A DNA stretch of 41,384 nucleotides. Source: Candidatus Woesearchaeota archaeon (GTDB lineage: Archaea; Nanobdellota; Nanobdellia; Woesearchaeales; UBA583). Positions 1-9,399 of the stretch are shown here, in pieces; position 1 is the first letter of the stretch; every line of letters begins with the position of its first letter. The position numbers and the translations under genes were made by a program. The stretch lies in NCBI GenBank assembly GCA_047602745.1, contig JBLKOJ010000005.1:1-41384 (forward strand), in the 5' to 3' direction. The notes under the pieces were generated by a model. The model had not been told where the DNA came from. It made no database searches and was given only the letters and a program-made list of their open reading frames with translations.

Positions 1-1
1 G

Positions 2-760
2 ACAAATTCATTACTCATAAAAGATTCAAACGAAGAAATAGTTGCAAGTTTTAGCAGTTCTAATAATAATATTTATTTAAAAGGAAAAGCTGCAGTTCAA
101 GGAGAACAAGCGGGGTGTTTACCAGATGGAAATTATTGTAATGATAATAATAACGACATTCTTGAAAGTAGAGATTATTTTTGCAACCTCATTGGGTATA
201 AAGAAGGGAGTTGTGAGTATACTGTATTATCAACTCAGAGTTGTAGTAGTAATGACTATTTTTTTTGTTCAGGAAATAATAGACATAAAATGGAATATTC
301 GTGTTCAGGAGGAAGTGGTTCTGCAAGTTGTGTAGGTAGTCCTCGTTTTATTCAAACTTGTACATATGCCCCTTCTACAAGAACTAGTAGTTGGTCTTGT
401 TCAAGTTCTTCAACTCGTTCTAGAACAATAACTACTTATAGTCCAACATGTTCCTCAGGAAGTTGTTCTTACACCAGTTCAAGAAGCACTCAACGTCAGA
501 ATTGTGGTAGTGGAAGACATTGTAGTAGAGGAAGTTGTGTTAGAAGTAGATTTGCTTACGAGGCTGAATGGAGGTACGTAGATGGACCACATGCAGGTCG
601 AGGAGTTAGGGGATCACATCGAACTCATACTGCGAATGCACCATTTTCTAATGCAGTATGTTATACAAGTACAGGTGCTTTTAGAAAAGGATGGATAAGA
701 TGGTGGCCTCCAGGTGGTGCACATGTGAGATGCTACATATGGGGACATAGATACATATAA
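2..760 (+). CDS. C-terminal fragment (252 aa; 5' end lies outside the window) of a cysteine-rich, probably secreted protein
   Basis: Frame 2 is open from nt 2 to the TAA at 758-760 (nt 2-289 translated by hand, no stops). The listed 290..760 ORF is therefore only the Met-started tail. 17 Cys, S/T/R/G-rich, no TM segment in the visible part. Confidence 0.6.
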   Translation, partial: TNSLLIKDSNEEIVASFSSSNNNIYLKGKAAVQGEQAGCLPDGNYCNDNNNDILESRDYFCNLIGYKEGSCEYTVLSTQSCSSNDYFFCSGNNRHKMEYSCSGGSGSASCVGSPRFIQTCTYAPSTRTSSWSCSSSSTRSRTITTYSPTCSSGSCSYTSSRSTQRQNCGSGRHCSRGSCVRSRFAYEAEWRYVDGPHAGRGVRGSHRTHTANAPFSNAVCYTSTGAFRKGWIRWWPPGGAHVRCYIWGHRYI

Positions 761-1204
761 ATTAATCTATATACAAATTAGGTATCTTCTAACTCCCAGA
801 TAAGAAGATTTAGACCTTTAAAAATTATTAATAAAAATTAATCAGAAAAGAAATAACTATTATTTAAAGGAGACATTAGTGTGAAGGTGGTATTAAATAC
901 GAGTAAAACTATTTAATTAAATCAGTATTTAGGGAGTTTTACCTTTAATTGAGAGAATATTTCAATTAATAAAGAGAGATGTGAGCCAGTTTCAATTCAT
1001 AAATAGTAATAAAATAACAATTTTTGTAACTTCTCAAATCAAATAAAAGCTGTATCATGTTGAAATACATTCAAATATATTTTAGTTTTAGTTTATTAAC
1101 AAATTCACATGTGTCTAATTCAAACAAGAATTGCATACATAAAAGAGATTTAAAATAAAAATAATAATAGATATTAATTATATTATTAATTATCTTGTGG
1201 ATAA

Positions 1205-1555
1205 TTATTTCCAATTACATAATGATTCTTCAACTCGTAGAGAAAAGTTTTCAAAGTTTTTCATGATAATATTTTTTATATGTTCATGACTTGTACACTC
1301 ATAGAATAAAATATATCCTCCTTGTTCAAGGTTTTTTTGAGTTTTTTTAAGTACACCTTTTGTTGTTAATTTTTTAACTGCTTTTTGAATAGTCGTAATA
1401 TCAAGTTTAAGAGATGTACTTAATTCTTGTGTTGAAAATTGAGTATGTTTATGACTTACAATAAATCTAAATATTTCTAATTCTGTTTTAGTGAGTCCAA
1501 AACTACATTTGATAATATTATCAATTGAAATATGAGTGCATGCAAAATCTACCAT
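1205..1555 (-). CDS. winged-helix transcriptional regulator (TrmB/MarR-like)
   Basis: N-terminal FGLTKTELEIFRFIV...FSTQELSTSLKLDITTIQKAVKKLTTKGVLKK matches the TrmB-type HTH pattern. 116 aa. Confidence 0.6.
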   Translation of the reverse strand: MVDFACTHISIDNIIKCSFGLTKTELEIFRFIVSHKHTQFSTQELSTSLKLDITTIQKAVKKLTTKGVLKKTQKNLEQGGYILFYECTSHEHIKNIIMKNFENFSLRVEESLCNWK

Positions 1556-1621
1556 TTTTATATGTATTCTATTATTATATTTTGATTTTTTATGTAATTT
1601 TCGATTTAATTCTTAAACTAT

Positions 1622-1855
1622 TCATTTAATAATCCTCTTAAGTATCATTTCAAGTGGACAAAACTTAGTAAATGAATACTGGAATATGTTTAGTCCTACA
1701 AATGCTGTAAATAGCACCCAATATTTTGAATGAAAAAATGTAAGGACTGCACTAATGAGTAAAAATACTCCTGCAAATCTCATCACTAGTCTCAATAATC
1801 GAACTTGTCTTTCTTCTTTTTGATTTTGTTTCATGTAGTGTTTAGTATGTTCCAT
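1622..1855 (-). CDS. DUF2892 (YgaP-like) small membrane protein
   Basis: Two TM helices and the C-terminal FVGLNIFQYSFTKFCPLEMIL motif (conserved CP) typical of DUF2892. Confidence 0.6.
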   Translation of the reverse strand: MEHTKHYMKQNQKEERQVRLLRLVMRFAGVFLLISAVLTFFHSKYWVLFTAFVGLNIFQYSFTKFCPLEMILKRIIK

Positions 1856-1888
1856 TTTTTAATTTATTATCAAGTTATTTTCTACTTT

Positions 1889-3214
1889 TTATTTCTTACT
1901 TTTCGAACTATTTTTTGTACTCTTAGATACTAGTGCAACTACAAACATAATTAACACTAACACAATAACTACTCCTCCTACAATGATGAAGAAATTTGGT
2001 GCTTGTCCACTCACTTCAAATTCTGCTCTTTCATGAAATGTGTAAATACTAGTGTCTCCCTTTTCTCTATCTCCTTGTGCTCTTACAAGTAATTGGAACT
2101 GGTGCATTTTTTCTTGTGCAGAACTTAATGTGTCAAATTCGAAAATAGCAATTCTACTCTCATTAGGTTTTATTTCTCCAATATAATTTGAACGTAAATC
2201 AAAAGCAAAAGGTTGAGTTGCATCTCTTATAATTCTCACGTCAACAACATTTGCAGAATCTTCTCCAATATTAGTAATTTCAACTCTAAGTTGAGCCTTT
2301 TCTCCTGCTCGTGATGAACCTTCAACATTAGTTACAACTAAATGGGGTCTAGATTCAACCATAATTGGAAGAGTAGTATTTTTAGTATATGAATTACCAT
2401 CTAAATCTCTATAATTAAGAGTGAAGTGCAAATTATGAACTCCACTAGGAACTGAATTTCTCACATCAATATAAAAGGAAATAGGTTTTGAAGTACTCTC
2501 TTCAACAAGTCCTACCCAATTTCTATTATTATCACTAAATGAAGCTACAATTCCTTCATGTTCAGTTTCCATTAACACTTCTACACTTTGAGCTGTTTTA
2601 AATCCGGAGTTTTCAATGAATGCTTGAAGTTGAATTTCATTATTACCCGGTCTAATTTTACTAGGGTGAGAGTTTAATCCTGCAATATCTAAAATGATTC
2701 CTTCTTTTTTAACAGGTAAGTCAAATCGCACAAACTCAGAACTTCTTTGAGCAACATTATTTTTATACCATTGACCCTCAAGTTTAAGAGGCATATTTAC
2801 ACTAGGTGCGTTAGTATCAATTTTTACTCTAAATACTTTATTATATGTAACTCCTTGAAGTATTCCACTTCCTCCTCCTATAATTCCTGATTCAGTTCCT
2901 CCTTTTAGATTTTTACCTGTTGAGTCTATAATTGTTAAATGTTCTTGTGCAAGTTCACTATCAGGCATTAATCGTACTTGATACGTATATTCTCCTGAAC
3001 CTATTTGAGATGATTCAAAGGGAATGTTTCTTGCTCTGTATTCAATAATTACATCTACCTCATCTCCTGCTGTAACAATTGCAGGGTCAAAGTATACATT
3101 TACTAATTCTAATTGGGAAAAACTTAGAGGAGTTACTATCATTATGAGCATAACTCCAAGTAAGACTTTCATCCAATTATTTGTGTGTACTAATTTTTGT
3201 TGTGTTGTTTTCAT
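1889..3214 (-). CDS. surface protein with S-layer-domain/CARDB-like repeats, N-terminal signal and C-terminal TM anchor
   Basis: Signal-like MKVLLGVMLIMIVTPLSFSQ (the true start may be Met15, about nt 3172). Contains beta-rich repeats of the type LRVEITNIGEDSANVVDVRI. C-terminal FFIIVGGVVIVLVLIMFVVALV is followed by a K/S tail. Confidence 0.6.
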   Translation of the reverse strand: MKTTQQKLVHTNNWMKVLLGVMLIMIVTPLSFSQLELVNVYFDPAIVTAGDEVDVIIEYRARNIPFESSQIGSGEYTYQVRLMPDSELAQEHLTIIDSTGKNLKGGTESGIIGGGSGILQGVTYNKVFRVKIDTNAPSVNMPLKLEGQWYKNNVAQRSSEFVRFDLPVKKEGIILDIAGLNSHPSKIRPGNNEIQLQAFIENSGFKTAQSVEVLMETEHEGIVASFSDNNRNWVGLVEESTSKPISFYIDVRNSVPSGVHNLHFTLNYRDLDGNSYTKNTTLPIMVESRPHLVVTNVEGSSRAGEKAQLRVEITNIGEDSANVVDVRIIRDATQPFAFDLRSNYIGEIKPNESRIAIFEFDTLSSAQEKMHQFQLLVRAQGDREKGDTSIYTFHERAEFEVSGQAPNFFIIVGGVVIVLVLIMFVVALVSKSTKNSSKSKK

Positions 3215-3308
3215 TTTTCAATATGTAATATGTTAATATTCTAGGTGAAATATTTTTGTGATATTTTCATTCTATTTTTCTTTTTGTTAATAGTATATTT
3301 GATACAAT

Positions 3309-4439
3309 TTATTTTGTATATACATTGTTTCTATCATAGAGATAAATAACAACGGGAAGCAAGAATACTGCTCCGATAAGTGTGATAAAAATTCCAATTG
3401 CTAAGATTCCTCCAAGCATCTTCATTGCAGGAAGTACTCCAAACAATAATGCTAAAAATCCAGCCATAGTGGTAAGAGAAGCACCTATTAATGCTCGAAG
3501 TAATTCTTGAACTACTTGTGAAATACTCTCTTGAGCACTGAGTAAATCTTCTTCTCTTTTTCTAAAATATGTTTGTATTAAATGAATTCCAAAATCAATT
3601 CCTAACCCCATAATCATTGCAGCTGCAACCATTGAGACAACAGTTATTGTCCATCCTAAATATCCTACAATTCCCATTGTCCAAATAAGAGCGACCATCA
3701 CTACAAGCATTGGAAGCATTCCTCTAACTAATGATTTAAAGGTAACCCAAACAATTAATCCTACAATTCCCATAGATACAAATGTAATAAGTAAAAAGTC
3801 AGTCATAATAACTGAAAATGTTACATAATCAATTGCACTAAATCCGGTAATTTGAGCTTGGGTTCCAGGATTGATTTTCTCAGTTAAAGCAATATCCTCT
3901 TCAAGAGATTCAATTAAAGTGCTAATTGCCTGAGCAGATGAACCCACTGTTGTTTGAAGTTGAATTATGGAGAATGAGTATTGGTAATTAGTGAAATCTT
4001 GAATTGTAGGATGAGTTTTAAATATCTCTTCAATTTCATATGCAGAGTTAGGAAACGTTTGAAATTCATTCATCTCTTGGAACTGCATAAGTTGTGTTGA
4101 AACAGATTCTACTCCTACAACATATTCTCGTGTTTTAAATTTCTCACTAAGTGCATGAACATATTCAAGATACTCAATATCTCGAACATCTTGTACACCA
4201 TCATCAATATGAACTAGTACATACACCATATCAACTCCAAATTCTCCTCTCACATAATTCATGGTTCTAATCTCTTCTAAATCGTGAGGAAGAACTTTTT
4301 CAAGACTAGGTTCTACATTTCCAACGAGTTGAACAATTCCTGGGATCATTAACAAAGTTATAATACCAAATATCCATAAAAAAATTGAGGGGTTCTTAAT
4401 TTGAAGTGAACTAAGTTTTTTAGCAAATGCTTGAATCAT
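3309..4439 (-). CDS. RND/MMPL-superfamily exporter, second half (1 TM + extracytoplasmic loop + 5 TM)
   Basis: Topology and sequence parallel the upstream half (FAKKLSSLQIKNPSIFLWIFGI vs ILQHITKLQVKYPIFVLLFILGL). Its ATG overlaps the upstream stop (ATGA at 4436-4439), and GGAGGTGA lies 8 nt upstream. Confidence 0.75.
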   Translation of the reverse strand: MIQAFAKKLSSLQIKNPSIFLWIFGIITLLMIPGIVQLVGNVEPSLEKVLPHDLEEIRTMNYVRGEFGVDMVYVLVHIDDGVQDVRDIEYLEYVHALSEKFKTREYVVGVESVSTQLMQFQEMNEFQTFPNSAYEIEEIFKTHPTIQDFTNYQYSFSIIQLQTTVGSSAQAISTLIESLEEDIALTEKINPGTQAQITGFSAIDYVTFSVIMTDFLLITFVSMGIVGLIVWVTFKSLVRGMLPMLVVMVALIWTMGIVGYLGWTITVVSMVAAAMIMGLGIDFGIHLIQTYFRKREEDLLSAQESISQVVQELLRALIGASLTTMAGFLALLFGVLPAMKMLGGILAIGIFITLIGAVFLLPVVIYLYDRNNVYTK

Positions 4440-5647
4440 ACTTTTTCACCTCCTTCTAAATGATATTCTTTATCAATTCCAAATCGAGCTTTTTCTTTAA
4501 TAAAATAAAGAATCCTCTCTTCTACAATTAATAACGCTGGAAGTCCAACAATTGAAAATGTTAACGCGTAAAATATTCCAATAGCCATAAGAAGTCCAAA
4601 ACTTCCCATCTCAGGCATCACTCCTGCAAAAAATGCTAAAAATGCACCAATTGTTGTAAGTGAAGTTGCAATTAAAGCTGAACCGGTTTGAACAACTGCA
4701 AGTTCAATAGAGTTTGAAATAGAGTTTCCATTTTTTCTCTCAAGTTTAAACTTATTCATAATATGAATTGCAAATGCTATTCCAATTCCAACAACCATAG
4801 CAGCTACTCCTCCTGCAAGTGTGGAGATAGGTAAGTCAAAATATCCCATCGTTCCATATAACCAGTTCACACTAACAAATACCACCAGTAGAGGCATAAT
4901 TGCAGTTGTAAAACTTCTAAACACAAGACTTGTAATAATAAATACTAATAATAGAGATACGAGTTGCGTATTTTCTCTATCTAGATTTACTAAATTTCCA
5001 AGTTCTTGTTGAATAACAGGAGTTCCTGTGTAACTTACTACGATATTGCTAGGAAGTCCACTATTTTGAACAATTGCTTGTACTTTTTCAATAAAGAGTT
5101 GCATTGAAGAATCATCTCTTCCAATATCAGTTTCAATAAAGAGAATTACTCTTGAATCATCTTTTGAAATAAATTGACTCTTCAACTCTTCTACTTGCTC
5201 AAAAACTTGAGGGTTTGAAATAAATGCTTCAAACTCTTCTTGAGAAGATATTGTTATATTTTCTTGTTCAAAGTTAAGATAATTCACAATACTTTCAACT
5301 CTAATAATTGCACTTTCTTGTTCTAAATTTTGTTGCAAGAATTGAAGGTATTGTAACACTTCATAATTAAATACATTCGTATTTCCAAACATATTTTGGG
5401 AATTTTCATCAACACTGAGCAGAATTACAAGACCATCTTTACCTAAATGTGCGTCTCTTAGAGTATTAATAGCTTCAATTTCACTAATTGTTGAAGGCAT
5501 CATTAATTCAAGAGATGCAACTGTTTGTACTTTTGAAACTCCTCCTAGTACCATAATTGTGAGTCCTAATATAAATAGGAGCACAAATATAGGATATTTA
5601 ACCTGAAGTTTTGTTATATGTTGTAAAATGGGTTCTAATAATTTCAT
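4436..5647 (-). CDS. RND/MMPL-superfamily exporter, first half (1 TM + extracytoplasmic loop + 5 TM)
   Basis: COG1033-like organisation. The TM bundle GGVAAMVVGIGIAFAIHIMNKF...LTTIGAFLAFFAGVMPEM is typical of MMPL/RND exporters. Confidence 0.75.
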   Translation of the reverse strand: MKLLEPILQHITKLQVKYPIFVLLFILGLTIMVLGGVSKVQTVASLELMMPSTISEIEAINTLRDAHLGKDGLVILLSVDENSQNMFGNTNVFNYEVLQYLQFLQQNLEQESAIIRVESIVNYLNFEQENITISSQEEFEAFISNPQVFEQVEELKSQFISKDDSRVILFIETDIGRDDSSMQLFIEKVQAIVQNSGLPSNIVVSYTGTPVIQQELGNLVNLDRENTQLVSLLLVFIITSLVFRSFTTAIMPLLVVFVSVNWLYGTMGYFDLPISTLAGGVAAMVVGIGIAFAIHIMNKFKLERKNGNSISNSIELAVVQTGSALIATSLTTIGAFLAFFAGVMPEMGSFGLLMAIGIFYALTFSIVGLPALLIVEERILYFIKEKARFGIDKEYHLEGGEKV

Positions 5648-5668
5648 TTTTTGTTTTAATTTTACTCG

Positions 5669-5712
5669 TATTTTTTGTTTATTTTTTGTTTATTTTTTGT
5701 ACTTTTTTGTTG
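5669..5712. repeat. four tandem copies of an 11-bp unit TATTTTTTGTT (phased A/T tracts) upstream of the exporter operon
   Basis: Read directly: units at 5669-5679, 5680-5690, 5691-5701 and a degenerate one at 5702-5712, about 20-65 bp upstream of the ATG at 5647 (minus strand). Confidence 0.8.
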
Positions 5713-6158
5713 ATTTACTCAACCATTTTAAGTGTTGATAAAAAGTATCAGTAGTGTTATATATATAAAGAAAACGAAGAACTGATATAAAAAGACAAAT
5801 TATATCGGTATTGAGATCCTAATAATATAAAAATTTGAAAATACTAACAAAATAATAGAGGTTATAAAAATATTTTTATTCTTTTCATAAACTTTTATAA
5901 AGTGATATCTGTTTTCTTTAAGTATTACTATGAACGCATGAACGTAGTGATCCCTTGAAATAATGTAGAAATTTAGGGCAATGTAGTTATATATTATAGT
6001 TGTTACAATTTTATATAGTTAGAATCCCCAAGGGCAATGACAACTAAGTTTGTAAGTTGTGGTGTTTTGTTTGGTGTACACACTTACAATTATTCATGCA
6101 TTAATTATACTCAAGTGTTGAGTTGAACATAATTGAGGTATAATATTTAATGTAAAAA

Positions 6159-7157
6159 ATGGCAAGTCCTAGTACAAGAAAAAGAGGAAGTAAACAATTT
6201 TGGCCAAGAGTGAGAGCTAAGAAACTCATAGCAGTGGTTAATAGTTGGGCTTCAAAGCAACTTCCAAAAGAAACAAGTTTGCTCGGTTTTCCGGGGTATA
6301 AGGTAGGTATGACAAATATCGGGATTATTGATAATTTTTCACATACTAAAACAAAAGGTCTAGAAGTAAATGTACCAGTTACAATTATTGAAGTGCCTCC
6401 TGTAAAAGTATTGTCAATGAGATTATTTGCTCTTGATGAATATGAAAATCTGCAAGTTGCAAAAGAATATTCAGCTTCAATTAAAGATAAATTTTTATCA
6501 AGAAAAGTAGATGTTAGTAAAAAAGCAACTTTAACCCCTAATGTTGATGAAATTATTGCTCAAGCTAAAGAGGTAGTAGCTCAAGAAGTAAGAGTAAAAG
6601 TAATGACTCAACCCTCTCAGACTACTATTGGTAAGAAAAAACCTGAAATTCTTGAAATTGGAATTAGTGGTTCAATTGAAGAAGCAATTACATACGCACA
6701 TTCAATTTTGGGAAAAGAAGTAAAAGCAAGCGAATTATTCAAAGGGGGAGAGTTATTTGATGTACATGGTATTACAACAGGTAAAGGACATCAGGGAGCT
6801 GTTAAAAGATTTGGAGTAAAATTAACTTCACATAAATCCGAAAAACAAAGAAGACATGCGGGTAATGTGGGTGCTTGGACTCCTTCAAGAGTTCCTCACA
6901 CAGTACCACTTCCAGGACAACATGGACTTCATGAGAGAACCCAGTGGAATAAATGGTTGTTAAAAATAGGAGATAATGCTGATGAAATTAATACTAAAGC
7001 AGGATTTAGACACTATGGATTAGTTAAAGGAGAATATTTACTTATTAAAGGAAGTGTTCAAGGACCAGTTAAAAGATTAGTGACACTTGTACGAGCTACA
7101 AGACCTAATAAGAGATACCCTAAAGTAGCACCTCAAATTACATATATCAATAACTAA
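6159..7157 (+). CDS. rpl3: 50S ribosomal protein L3
   Basis: Archaeal uL3 signature regions (FWPRVRAKK..., GITTGKGHQGAVKRFGV, HAGNVGAWTPSRV). First gene of the conserved cluster. Confidence 0.95.
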   Translation: MASPSTRKRGSKQFWPRVRAKKLIAVVNSWASKQLPKETSLLGFPGYKVGMTNIGIIDNFSHTKTKGLEVNVPVTIIEVPPVKVLSMRLFALDEYENLQVAKEYSASIKDKFLSRKVDVSKKATLTPNVDEIIAQAKEVVAQEVRVKVMTQPSQTTIGKKKPEILEIGISGSIEEAITYAHSILGKEVKASELFKGGELFDVHGITTGKGHQGAVKRFGVKLTSHKSEKQRRHAGNVGAWTPSRVPHTVPLPGQHGLHERTQWNKWLLKIGDNADEINTKAGFRHYGLVKGEYLLIKGSVQGPVKRLVTLVRATRPNKRYPKVAPQITYINN

Positions 7158-7167
7158 CGTAATAAAA

Positions 7168-7983
7168 ATGGCACAAGAAACAATAAAAATTCCAATTTTA
7201 GATGCATCGGGTAAAAAGACCGGTGATATAGAAGTGGCTAGTTTGGGTTATATTAGAGATGATATTTTCAAAAAAGCTACATTAGCAGAGAGCTCTTGGG
7301 GAAGACAAGGGTATGGAGCAGACCCTCAAGCAGGTAAAAAACAAGTAATTCATATGTCTAGAAGAAGAAGAAAATCAAGAACTTCATATGGTCGTTCAAT
7401 GTCTAGAATTCCTAGAAAAGTGATGTGGTCAAGAGGAACGCAATTTAGTTTTAAAGGTGCGTTTGCGGCAATGACTGTAGGTGGAAGAAAAGCTCACGCC
7501 CCTAGTGGAGATAAAAACTGGATTAAGCAAATGAATAATAAAGAGTGGCAAAAGGCTCTTGAAACAGGATTTATGGCGAGTTTAGATTCTCAAAGAGTTA
7601 CAGCATTAGGTCAAAGAGTTCCTAAAACCTATCCATTTGTACTTGATGATTCAGTTGAAACCTCAATTATGAAAACAAAAGATGCAAAAGAGATGTGTTC
7701 AAAGCTAGGTCTAGGAGATGAAATAGAGAGAACTTCAGTTGTTAAAATTAGAGCTGGTAAAGGAACTATGAGAAATAGAAGATATACTGTAAAAAGAGGC
7801 CCTTTATTTGTAGTTTCAAATATGGATGCACCGCTTCTTAAAGCAATTAGAAATATTAAAGGATTTGAAGTCATCACTCCTGAATTTTTAATGGTTCAAG
7901 ATTTTGCAATGGCTCAAAAACCAGGTAGAATGGTTATTTTTACAAAATCAGCACATGATGAATTTATGGAGGTTTTGAATTAA
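7168..7983 (+). CDS. rpl4: 50S ribosomal protein L4
   Basis: Position after rpl3. Has uL4-like RAGKGTMRNRRY motif. Confidence 0.9.
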   Translation: MAQETIKIPILDASGKKTGDIEVASLGYIRDDIFKKATLAESSWGRQGYGADPQAGKKQVIHMSRRRRKSRTSYGRSMSRIPRKVMWSRGTQFSFKGAFAAMTVGGRKAHAPSGDKNWIKQMNNKEWQKALETGFMASLDSQRVTALGQRVPKTYPFVLDDSVETSIMKTKDAKEMCSKLGLGDEIERTSVVKIRAGKGTMRNRRYTVKRGPLFVVSNMDAPLLKAIRNIKGFEVITPEFLMVQDFAMAQKPGRMVIFTKSAHDEFMEVLN

Positions 7984-7984
7984 A

Positions 7985-8305
7985 ATGGCTAAAGCAGGAG
8001 CATCTAGTACAAATCAAGATAAATTATTTGAACAAGAATTATCTAAACAATTTTATGATGTTGTAAAATCAGTTATTATGACCGAAAAAGCAACACGACT
8101 TTCTGAATTTGAGAATAAATTAACATTTGAAGTTGTAAAATATGCAACAAAACCATTAATTAAAGTGTTAATTGAAAATGAATATAAAAAGTCAGTAAAA
8201 TCAGTAAATATGATTAATGATCATAATGGTAAAAAAAGAGCAATTGTAACGTTTAAAGATGAAAATGTTGCAAGTGATTTATCAGCAGAAATTGGAGGAA
8301 ACTAA
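7985..8305 (+). CDS. rpl23: 50S ribosomal protein L23
   Basis: Conserved order. VIMTEKATRL...LTFEV...KRAIVTF pattern. GGAGG at 7968-7972. Confidence 0.9.
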   Translation: MAKAGASSTNQDKLFEQELSKQFYDVVKSVIMTEKATRLSEFENKLTFEVVKYATKPLIKVLIENEYKKSVKSVNMINDHNGKKRAIVTFKDENVASDLSAEIGGN

Positions 8306-8316
8306 GGAACTGAAAA

Positions 8317-9048
8317 ATGGGAAAAAGATTAATTCAACAAAGAAGAGGAAGAGGAACTTCAACATATAGGGCTCACTCTTTTAGATTTGCTGGTAAATCA
8401 GCATATAATGCATATGAAAAAGATGCAACATTACAAGGAACTATTATCGATTTAGTTCACTCAAGAGGCCATAGTGCACCTTTGATGAAAATTAAATATG
8501 AAAATGGTAGAGAAGCATTAGTTCCAGCTTATGAAGGGGCTAAAATTGGAGATAGTTTTTCAATTAATCAACAACAAGATGTAAAATCTGAAGATGTAAA
8601 AAAAGGTTCAGCATATATGCTCAAACATATTCCAAATGGAACTTCAATTTATAATATCGAGTTAAAACCTGGAGATAGTGGAAAAATGGTTAAAGCGGGT
8701 GGTTCATATGCTGTTGTAGTAGGACAAGCTAAAAATATGACAAGAGTACTGCTTCCTTCAAAAAAAGAAAAATTGTTTAATTCAAGCTGCAGAGCAATTG
8801 TTGGAGAAATTGGAGGAGCAGGAAGACTTGAGAAACCATTTTTAAAAGCTGGACTTAAAGCAATGTACAAAGCTAAAACAAATAAATTATTTCCAGTTGT
8901 AAGTGGAGTTGCGATGAGTGCCTTTGATCACCCTCATGGTGGTACGAGATCGTTAAGAAAAGGAAGACCAACTATTGCACCAAAGAATGCACCACCTGGT
9001 AGAAAAGTGGGAATGCTTAGACCTAAACATACGGGGAGGAACAAATAA
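8317..9048 (+). CDS. rpl2: 50S ribosomal protein L2
   Basis: uL2 motifs GSYAVVVG, SAFDHPHGGTR, GRPTIAPKNAPPGRKVG. Confidence 0.95.
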   Translation: MGKRLIQQRRGRGTSTYRAHSFRFAGKSAYNAYEKDATLQGTIIDLVHSRGHSAPLMKIKYENGREALVPAYEGAKIGDSFSINQQQDVKSEDVKKGSAYMLKHIPNGTSIYNIELKPGDSGKMVKAGGSYAVVVGQAKNMTRVLLPSKKEKLFNSSCRAIVGEIGGAGRLEKPFLKAGLKAMYKAKTNKLFPVVSGVAMSAFDHPHGGTRSLRKGRPTIAPKNAPPGRKVGMLRPKHTGRNK

Positions 9049-9050
9049 GA

Positions 9051-9398
9051 ATGGAAAATGAAGTATTGTATAGAGGAAAATCAATTTCTGATTTGAAATC
9101 AATGGAAAAAGAAGAGTATATTCAATATTTGCCTTCATCTCAAAGAAGAAAAGTAATGAGAGGATTTACTCAGCAAGAAGAAAAGTTACTTAAAAAAATT
9201 AGAAATAATGAAAAGAATATTAAAACTCATTGTAGAGATATGGTAATTATTCCAGAGCTTTTAGATGTTAAACTCTTAGTATATAATGGTAAAGAGTTTA
9301 TTCAAATACATCCTACTATTGAAACATTTGGAATGAGACTAGGAGAACTAGCTCCAACAAGAAAAATTGGTGTGAAACACGCAGGAGGTAAGAAGTAA
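9051..9398 (+). CDS. rps19: 30S ribosomal protein S19
   Basis: uS19 core LVYNGKEFIQI...GMRLGELAPTRK..KH. GGAGG at 9035-9039. Confidence 0.9.
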   Translation: MENEVLYRGKSISDLKSMEKEEYIQYLPSSQRRKVMRGFTQQEEKLLKKIRNNEKNIKTHCRDMVIIPELLDVKLLVYNGKEFIQIHPTIETFGMRLGELAPTRKIGVKHAGGKK

Positions 9399-9399
9399 A

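Noticed and set aside
126-335. 69-aa plus-strand ORF near the window start
   Set aside because: It lies in another frame of the longer open frame 2..760. Its translation is hydrophobic, I/V-rich and artefact-like.
4430-4445. Exporter split as a frameshift pseudogene
   Set aside because: Both halves begin with their own complete N-terminal TM1 and loop. The junction is a clean ATGA overlap with a strong GGAGGTGA upstream. This is consistent with a genuine two-gene arrangement, although read-level confirmation is still desirable.
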